DNA from: Patescibacteria group bacterium
GTDB lineage: Bacteria > Patescibacteriota > Minisyncoccia > Minisyncoccales > Staskawiczbacteraceae
Assembly (NCBI GenBank): GCA_018895235.1
Contig: JAHIOM010000014.1
Location: 5,203-69,202, forward strand
Direction: 5' to 3'
Length of the DNA: 64,000 nucleotides
Position numbers and translations under genes: made by a program. This document shows, piece after piece, positions 39,732 through 49,784 of this stretch (the first letter of the stretch is position 1; each line of letters starts with the position of its first letter). The notes beneath the pieces were generated by a model. That model was not told the origin of the DNA and did not search any database. It saw only the letters and a program-made list of their open reading frames with translations.

Positions 39732-39957
39732 AAAAAACCACCTCAATTAAAGGGTGGCTTCCTGAAAAAGCGCGGGTGGCGGGACGATTTTCGAACTTTT
39801 GAGTGGGAAAAAGTATTCCCTTCCCCAGAACTTGTAGTTAGCCAAATAAGGCAGTTATTGGCGATTTCGGCGGATGGACAACGTTAGAACCAAAATACAA
39901 CAACAAAGTGAACATATTTATATGCCAGACCTAAGTCCAGCACCTACCCAATACTGA
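39732..39957 (+). repeat. Cassette junction 5 (hairpin + core + family-A tail fused to a family-B tail)
   Basis: aaaaaccacctcaattaaagggtggcttcc...gcgcgggtggcgggacgattttcgaac... then gacaacgttagaacc...catatttatatgccagaccta. Confidence 0.85.
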
Positions 39958-40360
39958 TAAACAGTTAAATAACAGCTTAGGTATGGGGGGTAGTCCCAAA
40001 GTCTGATTTCTTTTTTAGATATAGATATAGCTCCTCCGCACAGAATTTGGATTTTAGACAAAAAGCCCTCCGTGTTTGGGAGAACTTAATGAAGGAATTA
40101 TTTTGCTCTTTTTATTTTTTTATCTTCTTCTATTAAAAATCTTGCTAGGTCTATTGGGTTAACTGGTACTGGAGTTTTAAATGTTTGATGTGCTACAAAA
40201 AAACACCCTTCTCTTGTACCACCCTTTGAATAACTAACAAGAAATCTTTTTGACTCTGATATTTTTTCATAAGTTTATTTTTTCTTTCATATTTTTATTC
40301 TTCTTTATTTTCTCCAAATAACTCCTCTTAGCAACTGGCGGTAATTAATAACTTCATAGT

Positions 40361-41398
40361 TTATTGTTTCCTTAAATACTCGGCCGCCTTTTCAGGTTCA
40401 ATGGTAGAAATTTCCATCATAGTGCCGATTTCAAAACCGGCTGAGATCGCGGTTTTGGGTAAAATTGTCCAGTGCCAATGATAATAATCGTAATTTTTGC
40501 CATCGCATGAAGCGGTGTGCAAATAAAAATTATAATCCGGGTCATTTAGTCCTTTGTAAATTTTTTTAATCACTATTTGGAACGCTTCAGCTAAGCTCCA
40601 TTTTTCTTTTTCTGTAATTCTTTCAAAATAAGAAAGGTGTTTTTGGGGAGAAATGATCACCTCAAAGGCGGTTTTTGAAGCAAAGGGACAGATGGCTATG
40701 AAATCTTCGTTTTCAAAAACAATTCTTCTTTTTGCTTTTTTTTCCCATTCGTTCATTTCGCAATAAATACATTTATTGTGTTTCTGAAAATAGATCTGAG
40801 CGGTAGAAAAAGCAGTTCTTAGGTCTTTATCAATAAGCGGAGTTGTTATAATCTGCGAGTGAGGGTGGGTAATCGAGGCACCGGCTGCAAAGCCGTGGTT
40901 GTGAAAAATAGAGATGTGATTTACAAATTTTTCATTCATTATACCTAAATATCTTTCCTGATAGACATCAAATATTTCTTTTACCTGCGCTGTTTTAAAA
41001 TCGGCAATTTGTTTTTTATGGTCTCTTGTCGCCACGACTTCGTGGAAACCAACAGCATTCATCGTTTTATACAAAGAGCCCTCAATTTTTTCGTCTAATG
41101 CTCCCGTTTTAATAAAGGCGGGGTATTTGTTCGGAATAACAATTGTTGTCCAATTCTTGGGAACTTTTTTGTTACCTGTTATTTTTTTACCATTGGAAAA
41201 AATCAGCGTTGGCTTTTCTTGAGTTTCAATTTTGCAGAAAGGACAATTTTTTGGAGGAATCTGTTTCCTATCTGTCTTTTTTCTTTTGAACGTTTCGGGT
41301 CTTTTGGCCCTGCCCGTTGCAATCACTACCCAATTATTGCTTACTATATCCATTCTTAACTCCGAAGGAAATTTTTCTTTTTGTTTTATTTTTAACAT
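40361..41398 (-). CDS. galT: Galactose-1-phosphate uridylyltransferase-like (GalT/HIT) protein
   Basis: RAKRP, CPFC, PNKYPA, GASITHPHSQ, YHWHW, AGFE. Confidence 0.88.
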   Translation of the reverse strand: MLKIKQKEKFPSELRMDIVSNNWVVIATGRAKRPETFKRKKTDRKQIPPKNCPFCKIETQEKPTLIFSNGKKITGNKKVPKNWTTIVIPNKYPAFIKTGALDEKIEGSLYKTMNAVGFHEVVATRDHKKQIADFKTAQVKEIFDVYQERYLGIMNEKFVNHISIFHNHGFAAGASITHPHSQIITTPLIDKDLRTAFSTAQIYFQKHNKCIYCEMNEWEKKAKRRIVFENEDFIAICPFASKTAFEVIISPQKHLSYFERITEKEKWSLAEAFQIVIKKIYKGLNDPDYNFYLHTASCDGKNYDYYHWHWTILPKTAISAGFEIGTMMEISTIEPEKAAEYLRKQ

Positions 41399-41630
41399 AT
41401 CTATATCAACTTCCAGTTGATTTTTTGTGTTAATCTTACATTCAAAATTATACCATAATTTTATAAAAAAACCACTGATGAAAAAGTTGACACCCGGCTT
41501 TGCTTTAAGATATAACAGAGATATAACAAAAAAAAGAAATCAGATTAAAAAAACAAAACCATCCCGTAAATAACGGGGTTTTTAAAAATTGCAGCTCTCG
41601 CTGCGTAATTATTTATCAAAGTATTTTTTT

Positions 41631-42941
41631 ATGCAAAACAATAATCAAAAACCTAAAATAGCTATTTTCCATTACTCCGGACCGCCGAACACGTCAGGCG
41701 TTGACATTATTGTCCGCGACCAAGCACGATTATTTCGACTTCACGGTTACAAAGTAGAAATTGTTGCAGGACTCATTAAACAATTCCGCAAAGACATCCC
41801 GGTACACATAATCCAAAAAATAAGCCCCAGGCATCCGCTCGTCCTTTCAACGCTTGAAGAACTAGAAAAAGGAATAGTTTCTTCCGATTTTAAAAAATTG
41901 GAGCGAAGTCTTTTTTACTCAATCAAAAAATATCTAATACGGAACAATATTCAAATTTGCATTTTGCATAATCTCTTCACGCGTTCCTATAACCTTGCTC
42001 TTACTTCGGCGCTAGCCCGCCTTATTAAGGATTTGCCCCACATTCGATTTATTGCCTGGGTGCATGATGTTGTGTTTTACAACGAGCCGGATACACTCCT
42101 GAAACACGAGTTAGGCAATCAATATCCTTGGAATCTACTAGTGAAACCAGTTCCCGAACTTACTTATGTATGTGTATCTAAATTCCTGAAGCATAATATT
42201 CTGACGGCATTCAATAGTTTGAAACACGCAGAAATTACCGTAATTCCCAATGGCCGCGATATTCAAAAATTTCTAGGACTTAGCCCAACGATGAGAACAT
42301 TGTATGAAGACATTCATGCCCTTGGATGCGATTTGATCGCTTGCCTCCCGGTACGCGCTATCCCAAGAAAAAATTTAGAGCTTGCGCTTCGAATTGCACG
42401 TGCTATCTTAAACAAAGGGGTAAAATTTAAACTGCTGCTCACCGCCAATATTGACTATAAGCGCGAAAAAAACCTTAACTATTATAACCATCTTAAAGAT
42501 CTCGTCCAAGAACTTAAACTCAAAAAGCACGTTTTCTTTTTAGAAGAGTATTTTGAACGTTTTGCAACCGATAAAAAACCTGCACCCGCGATTCCCATCC
42601 CAGAACTTTTCCTTATTTCAGACTTTCTTCTTTTTACAAGCCGCGTAGAAGGTTTCGGTTTACCACTCATAGAGGCAGGGCTTATGCGCTGCCCTATCTT
42701 CGCCGCAGACATCCCACCGTTGCGTGAAATTGGCACTACTAATATTAACTATTTCACGCGTGATGCAAACGCGGAGCAGGTTGCGGACTATATCCTTGAA
42801 AATCTTAAAAAGATGCCTCAGGCTTATTTTTACCGAAAAATCATAAAAAAATTCTCCCTCCATATGATATTCAAAAGGCGGATTCTACCACTTATTGAAA
42901 GCATTAAAAGTAAGGAATCTTCTATGTTAAAACAACAATAA
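41631..42941 (+). CDS. Glycosyltransferase family 4
   Basis: SGVD, PRKNLE, SRVEGFGLPLIEAG. Confidence 0.88.
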   Translation: MQNNNQKPKIAIFHYSGPPNTSGVDIIVRDQARLFRLHGYKVEIVAGLIKQFRKDIPVHIIQKISPRHPLVLSTLEELEKGIVSSDFKKLERSLFYSIKKYLIRNNIQICILHNLFTRSYNLALTSALARLIKDLPHIRFIAWVHDVVFYNEPDTLLKHELGNQYPWNLLVKPVPELTYVCVSKFLKHNILTAFNSLKHAEITVIPNGRDIQKFLGLSPTMRTLYEDIHALGCDLIACLPVRAIPRKNLELALRIARAILNKGVKFKLLLTANIDYKREKNLNYYNHLKDLVQELKLKKHVFFLEEYFERFATDKKPAPAIPIPELFLISDFLLFTSRVEGFGLPLIEAGLMRCPIFAADIPPLREIGTTNINYFTRDANAEQVADYILENLKKMPQAYFYRKIIKKFSLHMIFKRRILPLIESIKSKESSMLKQQ

Positions 42942-42947
42942 TTTACC

Positions 42948-44069
42948 ATGCGCCAATCACAACACTCAAACTATCGATTTTTTATTGCCGCAATGGGTCC
43001 TGGAGAAATTGGCCAGGGGATGGCATTCGCCGGATACGCTCTCGGTCGCGGAGATTTTGTCGTCTTCGCAATACCCCGCGCCGAGTACCTTCCATTAGTA
43101 CAATTGCAAAACCCTCGATTTTCATCTCTTATCACAGAAAATTCAGTTGCCCTCAAAGAAGCTCTTTGCTCCAAAAAGATTGACGCATTGATTTTATGCA
43201 ATTCAAAGATTTTTACCAGAAACGACAATTTTCCCAAATACCCGCCCGAACCAAAACTACCAAGCCTTTCCATAGATTCCAACTGGCTCTTTGGTCCCTC
43301 AAGTCCCTACCTTTCTAACCCGTGGGTTGACCGCTACTGTCTAAACTTGCCTGAGCCAATATTCCAAATGGGACTTAAAAAGAATGGCGGACACTACGTA
43401 ATCCCTAAAAAAATTCTTGAAAAAATAAGCGTGGTGGGACTCATTCCCTCTTACCGCCCCTTATCTGTCCAAGAAAAAAACAAGATACGAGCAAAGTACG
43501 GCATTCATAAAAATGAAAAGTTAATATTTCTCTACACCAGTATGGGATCTTTGGAAAAGCCGAGAGTATTTCTTAAGGCCTATGCGGTGGTAAAAAAACT
43601 TAGAGCCAAGGGGAAAAAAGTAAAAGTAATTTATTTTGGAGATCCGCCGTCCGCTTTTTTAAACGCTAAAGACCGTGACTGGTTTCTTGCGCGTCCCCGC
43701 ACAAATACCGAACATTTTTCAAAAGTGCTTGCGAGTTCCGACTTAGTGTTCCAGCATCAGGGACTTGCCACGATGGAACAAGCCATTGGAGCACAGGTTC
43801 CTGTTATCGCCAACGTAAGAGACCGCAAAGATGAAAAAAATCCCACGCGCCATATGCACGCTTGGGAAGTAGGACCATTCGCAAAATATGGGGCTTGCGC
43901 TATGTTCTTCTCCCGCAATTCTATTAGCACTGTCGCAAATTGCTCAGAGGGTCTTTTATTCAATAAAAATCGGCGCGAAGCCATGCGCCAAAAACAACAC
44001 GCTCTCTATGGAAACGGAGAAAAAAAAGTCTATAATGAAGCTATTAAATTATTAAAAACTAAGTCTTAA
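42948..44069 (+). CDS. GT-B fold glycosyltransferase-like protein
   Basis: MGPGEIG; SSDLVFQHQGLATMEQAIGAQVP resembles a GT-B donor-binding motif; lies in a GT operon. Confidence 0.6.
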   Translation: MRQSQHSNYRFFIAAMGPGEIGQGMAFAGYALGRGDFVVFAIPRAEYLPLVQLQNPRFSSLITENSVALKEALCSKKIDALILCNSKIFTRNDNFPKYPPEPKLPSLSIDSNWLFGPSSPYLSNPWVDRYCLNLPEPIFQMGLKKNGGHYVIPKKILEKISVVGLIPSYRPLSVQEKNKIRAKYGIHKNEKLIFLYTSMGSLEKPRVFLKAYAVVKKLRAKGKKVKVIYFGDPPSAFLNAKDRDWFLARPRTNTEHFSKVLASSDLVFQHQGLATMEQAIGAQVPVIANVRDRKDEKNPTRHMHAWEVGPFAKYGACAMFFSRNSISTVANCSEGLLFNKNRREAMRQKQHALYGNGEKKVYNEAIKLLKTKS

Positions 44070-44070
44070 T

Positions 44071-45180
44071 ATGAGAAAATTACGCATTGGACAAATTGCG
44101 CCGCTCAACGTACCCATCCCTCCAAAAAAGTACGGCGGAACCGAACGCATAATTAACGCTCTTTGCCGCGGGCTTTCTAATCGCGGCCATAAGATCTTTC
44201 TTTTTGCCGCGGCAGACGCAAAAACTGGAGGAAAAATAATCCCCATTATACCAAAAAGCCTTTGGACAAACAAAATCAAAGAGGCCACGCCTTACTATTC
44301 CTATGAAATGAATGTTATTTTACAAAAATCGCCCGGCCTTAAATTAGATATTCTTCACGACCACCTTGGGCCATTTAGTTTAGCCCTGTATGGGGGCCTT
44401 AACATTCCTATTTTGCACACTCTGCATGTTCCTATTAATAAAGATCGCGCTTGGGCCTACCGAAAATTAAATTCTAAATTAATCAGCATCTCTAATAATC
44501 AACGTAAAAACGCTCCTCGGCTTAATTATGTTGCCACTATTTACAACGGCACTGACACAAATCTGTTCCAATTCAATCCTAATCCTAAGGATTATTTACT
44601 GTTTTTGGGCGAGCTGGTGGAACGCAAAGGAGTTAGGGAAGCAATTTTGGCCGCAAAAAAACTTAAATTAAAACTAGTAATTGCGGGCCGTGTCCCACTG
44701 CAAACACAGAGGAAAGATTACTCTTTTTTCCAAAAATACGTAAAACCAAAATTAAATCGCGGCCGCATAGAATACGCAGGTGAAGTCGCCAAAGAAAAAG
44801 TTTCTAAACTTTACAGAGATGCGAAAGCCACGCTTTTCCCCATACGCTGGGAAGAACCATTTGGTCTTGTAATGATTGAATCAATGTCCTGCGGAACGCC
44901 AATTATTGCTTTTGCTAAGGGGTCTGTCCCGGAAATAATCAAAGATGGAGAAACCGGATTTATTGTTAATTTTTCTTTATCCGACATACGGGGAAACTGG
45001 ATTATTAAGAAAACGGGGATAGAAGGACTTTGCAAAGCGGTGGATAGAATTTACGCAATGCCTGAAAAAGAATACCGACAAATGAGAGAAAACTGCCGGA
45101 AACGCGCGGAAAAGAATTTCGCCATTAAGAGAATGGTAGATGAGTACGAAAAAGTGTACTACAAAATATTGCGAAAATGA
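44071..45180 (+). CDS. Glycosyltransferase family 4
   Basis: PPKKYGGTER, HTLH, RKGV, WEEPFGLVMIESMSCGTP. Confidence 0.92.
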   Translation: MRKLRIGQIAPLNVPIPPKKYGGTERIINALCRGLSNRGHKIFLFAAADAKTGGKIIPIIPKSLWTNKIKEATPYYSYEMNVILQKSPGLKLDILHDHLGPFSLALYGGLNIPILHTLHVPINKDRAWAYRKLNSKLISISNNQRKNAPRLNYVATIYNGTDTNLFQFNPNPKDYLLFLGELVERKGVREAILAAKKLKLKLVIAGRVPLQTQRKDYSFFQKYVKPKLNRGRIEYAGEVAKEKVSKLYRDAKATLFPIRWEEPFGLVMIESMSCGTPIIAFAKGSVPEIIKDGETGFIVNFSLSDIRGNWIIKKTGIEGLCKAVDRIYAMPEKEYRQMRENCRKRAEKNFAIKRMVDEYEKVYYKILRK

Positions 45181-45360
45181 ACTACAACTAACTTTTGGTT
45201 AAGATAAGAACATACGGCCAGAAATTTATTAACTCGCCAAATGAAAAGTTTTTACTGATGATCCTTTGTAGCCAGGCAAAATTAAAAAAACGAGAAATAC
45301 TTTCCTGCATAAAAAGTAAAATTGTAATAAGGAAAAAAATATTGAGCGTAGTACAATAAT

Positions 45361-45399
45361 AAAAAACAGCAGGGCAAAATATGCTCTGCTGTTTTTTTT
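45361..45399. terminator. Intrinsic terminator
   Basis: aaaaaacagcagggca-aaata-tgctctgctgtttttttt. Confidence 0.8.
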
Positions 45400-45444
45400 G
45401 TTGATTTATGATGTCTCGGCATCACTAGATACTAAATGCTGTAA

Positions 45445-45637
45445 GCGCGGGCGACGGGAGGAGTTGCCCGAAGGCATTGCCTCCTCGGTCGCCTAAGGCG
45501 ACTACCCTATCGGCTCGTCGCAATTCGGTGGAGAAACCATCCCGTCTGGGAGCAAAAAGTCCCCCGAAATTGAGGGACTTTTTGCTCTAGCGCGTCTTTA
45601 CGACGAAGTTAGAACCTATTTTATTGAAAATCTTTGA
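45445..45637 (+). repeat. Cassette junctions 6a/6b (tRNA-3'-like GCGCGGGCGACGGGA, hairpins, then GCGCGT + ARLYDEVRTYFIENL* tail)
   Basis: Direct reading; agcaaaaagtccc...gggactttttgct hairpin precedes the second core. Confidence 0.7.
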
Positions 45638-45851
45638 CGATATTCTGCCCGCCGCCTGCGGCGGCGGGCAGAAACAGACCGAAAACGAATCGGCTCGCGG
45701 GCAAAAAATGGAGGGGTTTTAGGAGTTTGAGTCCCCGGAAATTTTTTGCCCGCCCGCTTTTTGAAATTTAATTCGGGAAAAATGTCCAGCGATGGACATT
45801 TTTGATAATTTTAAGTTTTTCTTTTGTGTGAAATTTTATCCACTTCGATAT

Positions 45852-46193
45852 TTATCCAAAACTCCTAGTTCCAACTAATACGCCCAGAAGCCAATATAAG
45901 AAAAAACCGACCCATATAAAAATAAATATTTTCAGTAAACACTCCATTGTCTTTTTAATCGGAGGTTTCTCTAAAAAATTATTGAGAAATTTTATTTTTT
46001 CGCCTAATTTCAGCAAAAGCCCCAATAATAATGAGCCACCAATTGATATTCCAAGTCCAACAGAAAACACCCTATCTTCTAATAGTGTAGAAGAGAACCC
46101 TCCGATTACTGTATACACAAAGAAAAGAAAACCCAAGACAAATACTATTATAAAAATTAAATAGATGATTAACTCTATAAGTTTTTCTTTCAT
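45852..46193 (-). CDS. Small membrane protein (array member)
   Basis: Three hydrophobic helices; MKEKL start. Confidence 0.7.
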   Translation of the reverse strand: MKEKLIELIIYLIFIIVFVLGFLFFVYTVIGGFSSTLLEDRVFSVGLGISIGGSLLLGLLLKLGEKIKFLNNFLEKPPIKKTMECLLKIFIFIWVGFFLYWLLGVLVGTRSFG

Positions 46194-46197
46194 AATT

Positions 46198-46494
46198 TTA
46201 TTTGCCGAAGTTTGATGGTTTGAAAAATTCCCATATTTTTAATAGAATTTGTTTCGAAAAAAGAAATATTTTTTGTATAACTTCTTGCCAAAGGGTTAAA
46301 GTTCTTGGTCTAAAAGAAGAACAATCTCTGAATTCCTTAATTTGTTCATCGGTAAATTTTCTCGAAGTATCTGCTTCGCAATAATATCTTCCTCGATGAT
46401 TGGTTGTGGGTATCCCTTGCGGATTTATAAAAGATACTACCCCTTCGCCCTCTTTCAGATATTTACACTGGCCACATGTTGTTTTATTTTCCAT
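46198..46494 (-). CDS. Small Cys-rich hypothetical protein
   Basis: CGQC...C...C; tightly packed in the array. Confidence 0.65.
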   Translation of the reverse strand: MENKTTCGQCKYLKEGEGVVSFINPQGIPTTNHRGRYYCEADTSRKFTDEQIKEFRDCSSFRPRTLTLWQEVIQKIFLFSKQILLKIWEFFKPSNFGK

Positions 46495-46744
46495 ATTATT
46501 CAAGTTTTGTCCAGTTTTCTTTTTTGGGTTTATATTATAAAATTCTTACCAACAGGCAGGTCCCACGCATTGTTCATAATCTTCGGGGTAATCGTAAGAT
46601 GAAGTATTTGATTCCCAAATCACAGTTATAATGAACCAAATAAGAAAAACAATTACAACGATACCAATAATTAGACCAATAAAATCTTTAAAACTTTTTG
46701 GTTTTAAACCTTCAATGTTCATATTCCTATGGATAAATTAAATG

Positions 46745-47104
46745 TTATATTTTAAAACCAATGCTATTCCTTTTCTTCTCTGCTCCTATGATGTCATTTT
46801 CTAATTTTTCTTTTATTTCTTCTAAACTCATACAATCATTGCCTTTTAGAAAATTATGGGCCTTAAAAACATAATCATCAGATAAATTGTTTTCTACTAT
46901 CATTTTCCTAATTATTAACTCCCCGAATTGTTTTAAAAATAATTCCGCTGTCCAACCAGGCACAATACTTTTGCAAGTACCTAAAAATATATCGGTAACA
47001 CCAATTTTAATATCTCTGTCTCCGACTTCGAATAACGCTTCTGTAACCTTACCATTTCTTTTACCATTTTTAGATATTAATAATTGTGAAAATTTTATAT
47101 CCAT
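46745..47104 (-). CDS. Hypothetical protein
   Basis: 119-aa ORF ending in IGFKI. Confidence 0.65.
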   Translation of the reverse strand: MDIKFSQLLISKNGKRNGKVTEALFEVGDRDIKIGVTDIFLGTCKSIVPGWTAELFLKQFGELIIRKMIVENNLSDDYVFKAHNFLKGNDCMSLEEIKEKLENDIIGAEKKRNSIGFKI

Positions 47105-47106
47105 AA

Positions 47107-47580
47107 TTATTTTTGTTTTTCTAATCGTTTTGTTATATTAATGCCGAAAATTATACCGTAATACAATATCAGACCAAGAAGGATTATAATGATATTCTGA
47201 AAACGAAAAATCTTTTGATAATAAGGGGTAGAGTTTCTATCTAGATTCTCAAGAAAGAGGTTCACAAAAAGACTATGTTTTACTTCCATTTTATCTCCAT
47301 AATAATAACGATTACTCCGATAATCACATTTTACTTTACAATAATTAACTGCTTCTAAATAATTTAATTCTTCGTTTAACCATTTGTCTGCAACACAATT
47401 CTCAAAACATTTTTCAGCTCGAGCTTGGGATAAACTTTCAGGTATTGCTACAAAAAAAGGATATAAAAAATAAAGAATTAACAAAAAAAGGGGGATAAGA
47501 AATAAAAAGTATTTTCTTAAAAATAGTTTTATGTTTTTCTTGAGCATAATCTTCAAAATTTTCTTAATTTTTTCTTTCAT
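47107..47580 (-). CDS. Membrane protein (array member)
   Basis: Two TM helices flanking a Cys-containing loop; MKEKIK start. Confidence 0.7.
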   Translation of the reverse strand: MKEKIKKILKIMLKKNIKLFLRKYFLFLIPLFLLILYFLYPFFVAIPESLSQARAEKCFENCVADKWLNEELNYLEAVNYCKVKCDYRSNRYYYGDKMEVKHSLFVNLFLENLDRNSTPYYQKIFRFQNIIIILLGLILYYGIIFGINITKRLEKQK

Positions 47581-47752
47581 AAATTATTTTATTGGTTTTC
47601 AGTTGATAACCTACAAATATTCCTACTGAAATCAAGATTAAATCTCCTATTTGTTCATTAGTAATACCAAAAAATCTAAGAATATATCCCATAAAAGAAC
47701 CTATCAATATAACAAATATCAAATTTATAATTATTTTAATTTTTTCTTTCAT
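47564..47752 (-). CDS. Small two-TM protein (array member)
   Basis: MKEKIKIII start, two hydrophobic helices. Confidence 0.6.
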   Translation of the reverse strand: MKEKIKIIINLIFVILIGSFMGYILRFFGITNEQIGDLILISVGIFVGYQLKTNKIIYERKN

Positions 47753-47806
47753 GGGCTTATTTAACCCCACCCACTGCTCACTATGTCTTAATGGGGTCAA
47801 CTTAGT

Positions 47807-47983
47807 TTATTGATTATTGGAGTAGAATTTATCTTTGCACTCCAAACAAACAATTTTTCCTTCCTTTTTTTCATTTCTAACAAAATAGTAACTATCAATA
47901 CCTACTTTTATTTCTAACCCGCAAATATCGCAAACTTTATTTTCTCCAACTGGTGGATTTTGTTTTTTGATTACTTTTTCCAT
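47807..47983 (-). CDS. 58-aa zinc-ribbon protein (not in the ORF track)
   Basis: MEKVIKKQNPPVGENKVCDICG...IVCLECKDKFYSNNQ*. Confidence 0.6.
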   Translation of the reverse strand: MEKVIKKQNPPVGENKVCDICGLEIKVGIDSYYFVRNEKKEGKIVCLECKDKFYSNNQ

Positions 47984-48017
47984 TCTTTTATTAAAATTTC
48001 AATACTAATAGTTTTTC

Positions 48018-48281
48018 TTATAGATTAGTCCAACTTGGGTCTTTCCCGAAACACTGTCCAAACCAAAAACTAAAAAAAATTAAAATTGCAAGGCTAACAT
48101 ATTCACTACCAAAGACAAGACCGACACCCATACTTGTAAGAAGCATAATTATAAAATATCTCAATAAATGTTTCCCAAACCCCAAATTCTTTAGGATGAA
48201 CCACTTCTTATATTTTCCGAGATAATACCCCACAAAGAAAAGAATAATAAATACAGTTGCACCGATTAAAAATTCTTTCAT
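48018..48281 (-). CDS. Small membrane protein (array member)
   Basis: Three hydrophobic segments; TAAATCTATG start. Confidence 0.7.
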   Translation of the reverse strand: MKEFLIGATVFIILFFVGYYLGKYKKWFILKNLGFGKHLLRYFIIMLLTSMGVGLVFGSEYVSLAILIFFSFWFGQCFGKDPSWTNL

Positions 48282-48285
48282 AGAT

Positions 48286-48591
48286 TTATTTGTTTAATAT
48301 CGATAGCCCAACTTGTTTTCTGAAAAATGAACACCTGTTAGTAGTAGAAGAGTCGTATTTACACGCTTTAAGGTGATGTTTAATGGCTTCTTTTTCGTTT
48401 TTAATATTTATCCCTTTATATCCTCTCCCAACAAACTTTGCGACAGCAAGAGATTGAAGAGCAACTGCTATCCTTTTATATAATGGTGTTTGATAGTGCA
48501 AATTCCATCTTTTCCAAAAACTATTCTCTTCTTTTTTGAAAAATATTCTTTCTTCTTCAGTAAGTTTATAAATCTTAAATACTTGTTTCAT
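48286..48591 (-). CDS. Hypothetical protein (array member)
   Basis: TAAATCTATG start, AAATAA stop. Confidence 0.65.
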   Translation of the reverse strand: MKQVFKIYKLTEEERIFFKKEENSFWKRWNLHYQTPLYKRIAVALQSLAVAKFVGRGYKGINIKNEKEAIKHHLKACKYDSSTTNRCSFFRKQVGLSILNK

Positions 48592-48628
48592 AGATTTATT
48601 TAGTAAGTTGGTGGTTTACAAATATTTA

Positions 48629-49072
48629 TTACTTTTTCATTTCTTGGTCAATTTTCCAAATAAATCCAACCCTTTTCATTTCATAGCTTGCAGAATAAGA
48701 ATAATCCTTCCCATTTATATTTCGCATAAGTTCAACTTGTAAAAATGAACGGTCACTTCCGAACTTATGTGAAACACTCTGGATTTTAAAATTTCTTATT
48801 GATGGTTCATCGGATATTTTTTCTTTTTCACACCTTTCCTTCCACTTATCAATGTCGTGAGATAGATAACTTATAAAAGAATCACAATCGCCAGTTATTC
48901 GATACTCAAAAGCTCGATTAAAGCTTTTTTTAATAAAAAACTTACTGTTTATGCCAAAATCAATAATAAAACAACCCACTAAAACAAAAATCAGTGCTAC
49001 TGCTAATATCATTATTAAAGCTACTTTGTTTTTGTTTATCCAGTTTAAAATTGTTTTAATTTTTTCTTTCAT
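48629..49072 (-). CDS. Membrane-anchored hypothetical protein
   Basis: N-terminal TM; MKEKIK start. Confidence 0.7.
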   Translation of the reverse strand: MKEKIKTILNWINKNKVALIMILAVALIFVLVGCFIIDFGINSKFFIKKSFNRAFEYRITGDCDSFISYLSHDIDKWKERCEKEKISDEPSIRNFKIQSVSHKFGSDRSFLQVELMRNINGKDYSYSASYEMKRVGFIWKIDQEMKK

Positions 49073-49494
49073 AATCTTATTTCTCCATTTGAATACTCTA
49101 AAAGAAATTTCTTATAATCTTCCCACTGCTCAGGGAATCGAAAAGAAGTAATTCTATGGTGTGTCAAAGCATTATAAATAAAATGTTCTCTATCGGGGAG
49201 TCTTTGAATAACATATAAACAACTATCTTCTTTCGGACTATAAAAAAGCATTTGAAAAGAATTAAAATCAGAGCCAGCAAAAATTCCTTTGTTTCCCTTA
49301 TCGATTTCTTCTTTTATTGATTCGGCATATTGTTCACATTCAGTCTTTTTATTAAAATAACTTTCGTTTTGTTCTGATTTAACTACTCGAAGTTCCTGTT
49401 TGACCTGATAAAACTTATAAAAACTAAGAGAAATACCAATAAGGAGAATACTTATTATAGTTAAAATTATTACTTTCTTAATTTTTTCTTTCAT
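49069..49494 (-). CDS. Membrane-anchored hypothetical protein
   Basis: N-terminal TM; MKEKIK start. Confidence 0.7.
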   Translation of the reverse strand: MKEKIKKVIILTIISILLIGISLSFYKFYQVKQELRVVKSEQNESYFNKKTECEQYAESIKEEIDKGNKGIFAGSDFNSFQMLFYSPKEDSCLYVIQRLPDREHFIYNALTHHRITSFRFPEQWEDYKKFLLEYSNGEIRL

Positions 49495-49506
49495 AAATTT
49501 ATAATC

Positions 49507-49773
49507 CTAAATTTCATTGTTGGCTTTTTTCTGTTTTTTTATTTTAACTTTTAATTGTATGGTTTTTACTACCCAAGTAATTCCAGCAATCCAAAATATT
49601 AAACCAAAAATATCTGCTATCCACCCTTCTCCTAAAAATAAATAGCAAAATGCAAATCCCAATAACCCCAGTAATGCTGTTTTGCCAGCCTCTTTTCTGT
49701 CTATTTTTCTATATTGCCACCATTTCTTTTTCTCTTTTTTATATTCTTGATTTTGTGTTTTTTGTTCTTCCAC
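49507..49773 (-). CDS. Small two-TM protein
   Basis: TAAATCTGTG start, two TM helices. Confidence 0.65.
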   Translation of the reverse strand: MEEQKTQNQEYKKEKKKWWQYRKIDRKEAGKTALLGLLGFAFCYLFLGEGWIADIFGLIFWIAGITWVVKTIQLKVKIKKQKKANNEI

Positions 49774-49784
49774 AGATTTATTTA

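Noticed and set aside
40098..40290. Possible frameshifted small ORF (MKEK...ISESKRFLVSYSKGG...RAK*) on the minus strand
   Set aside because: It needs a frameshift in an A-run and has no recognisable homology; support is too weak.
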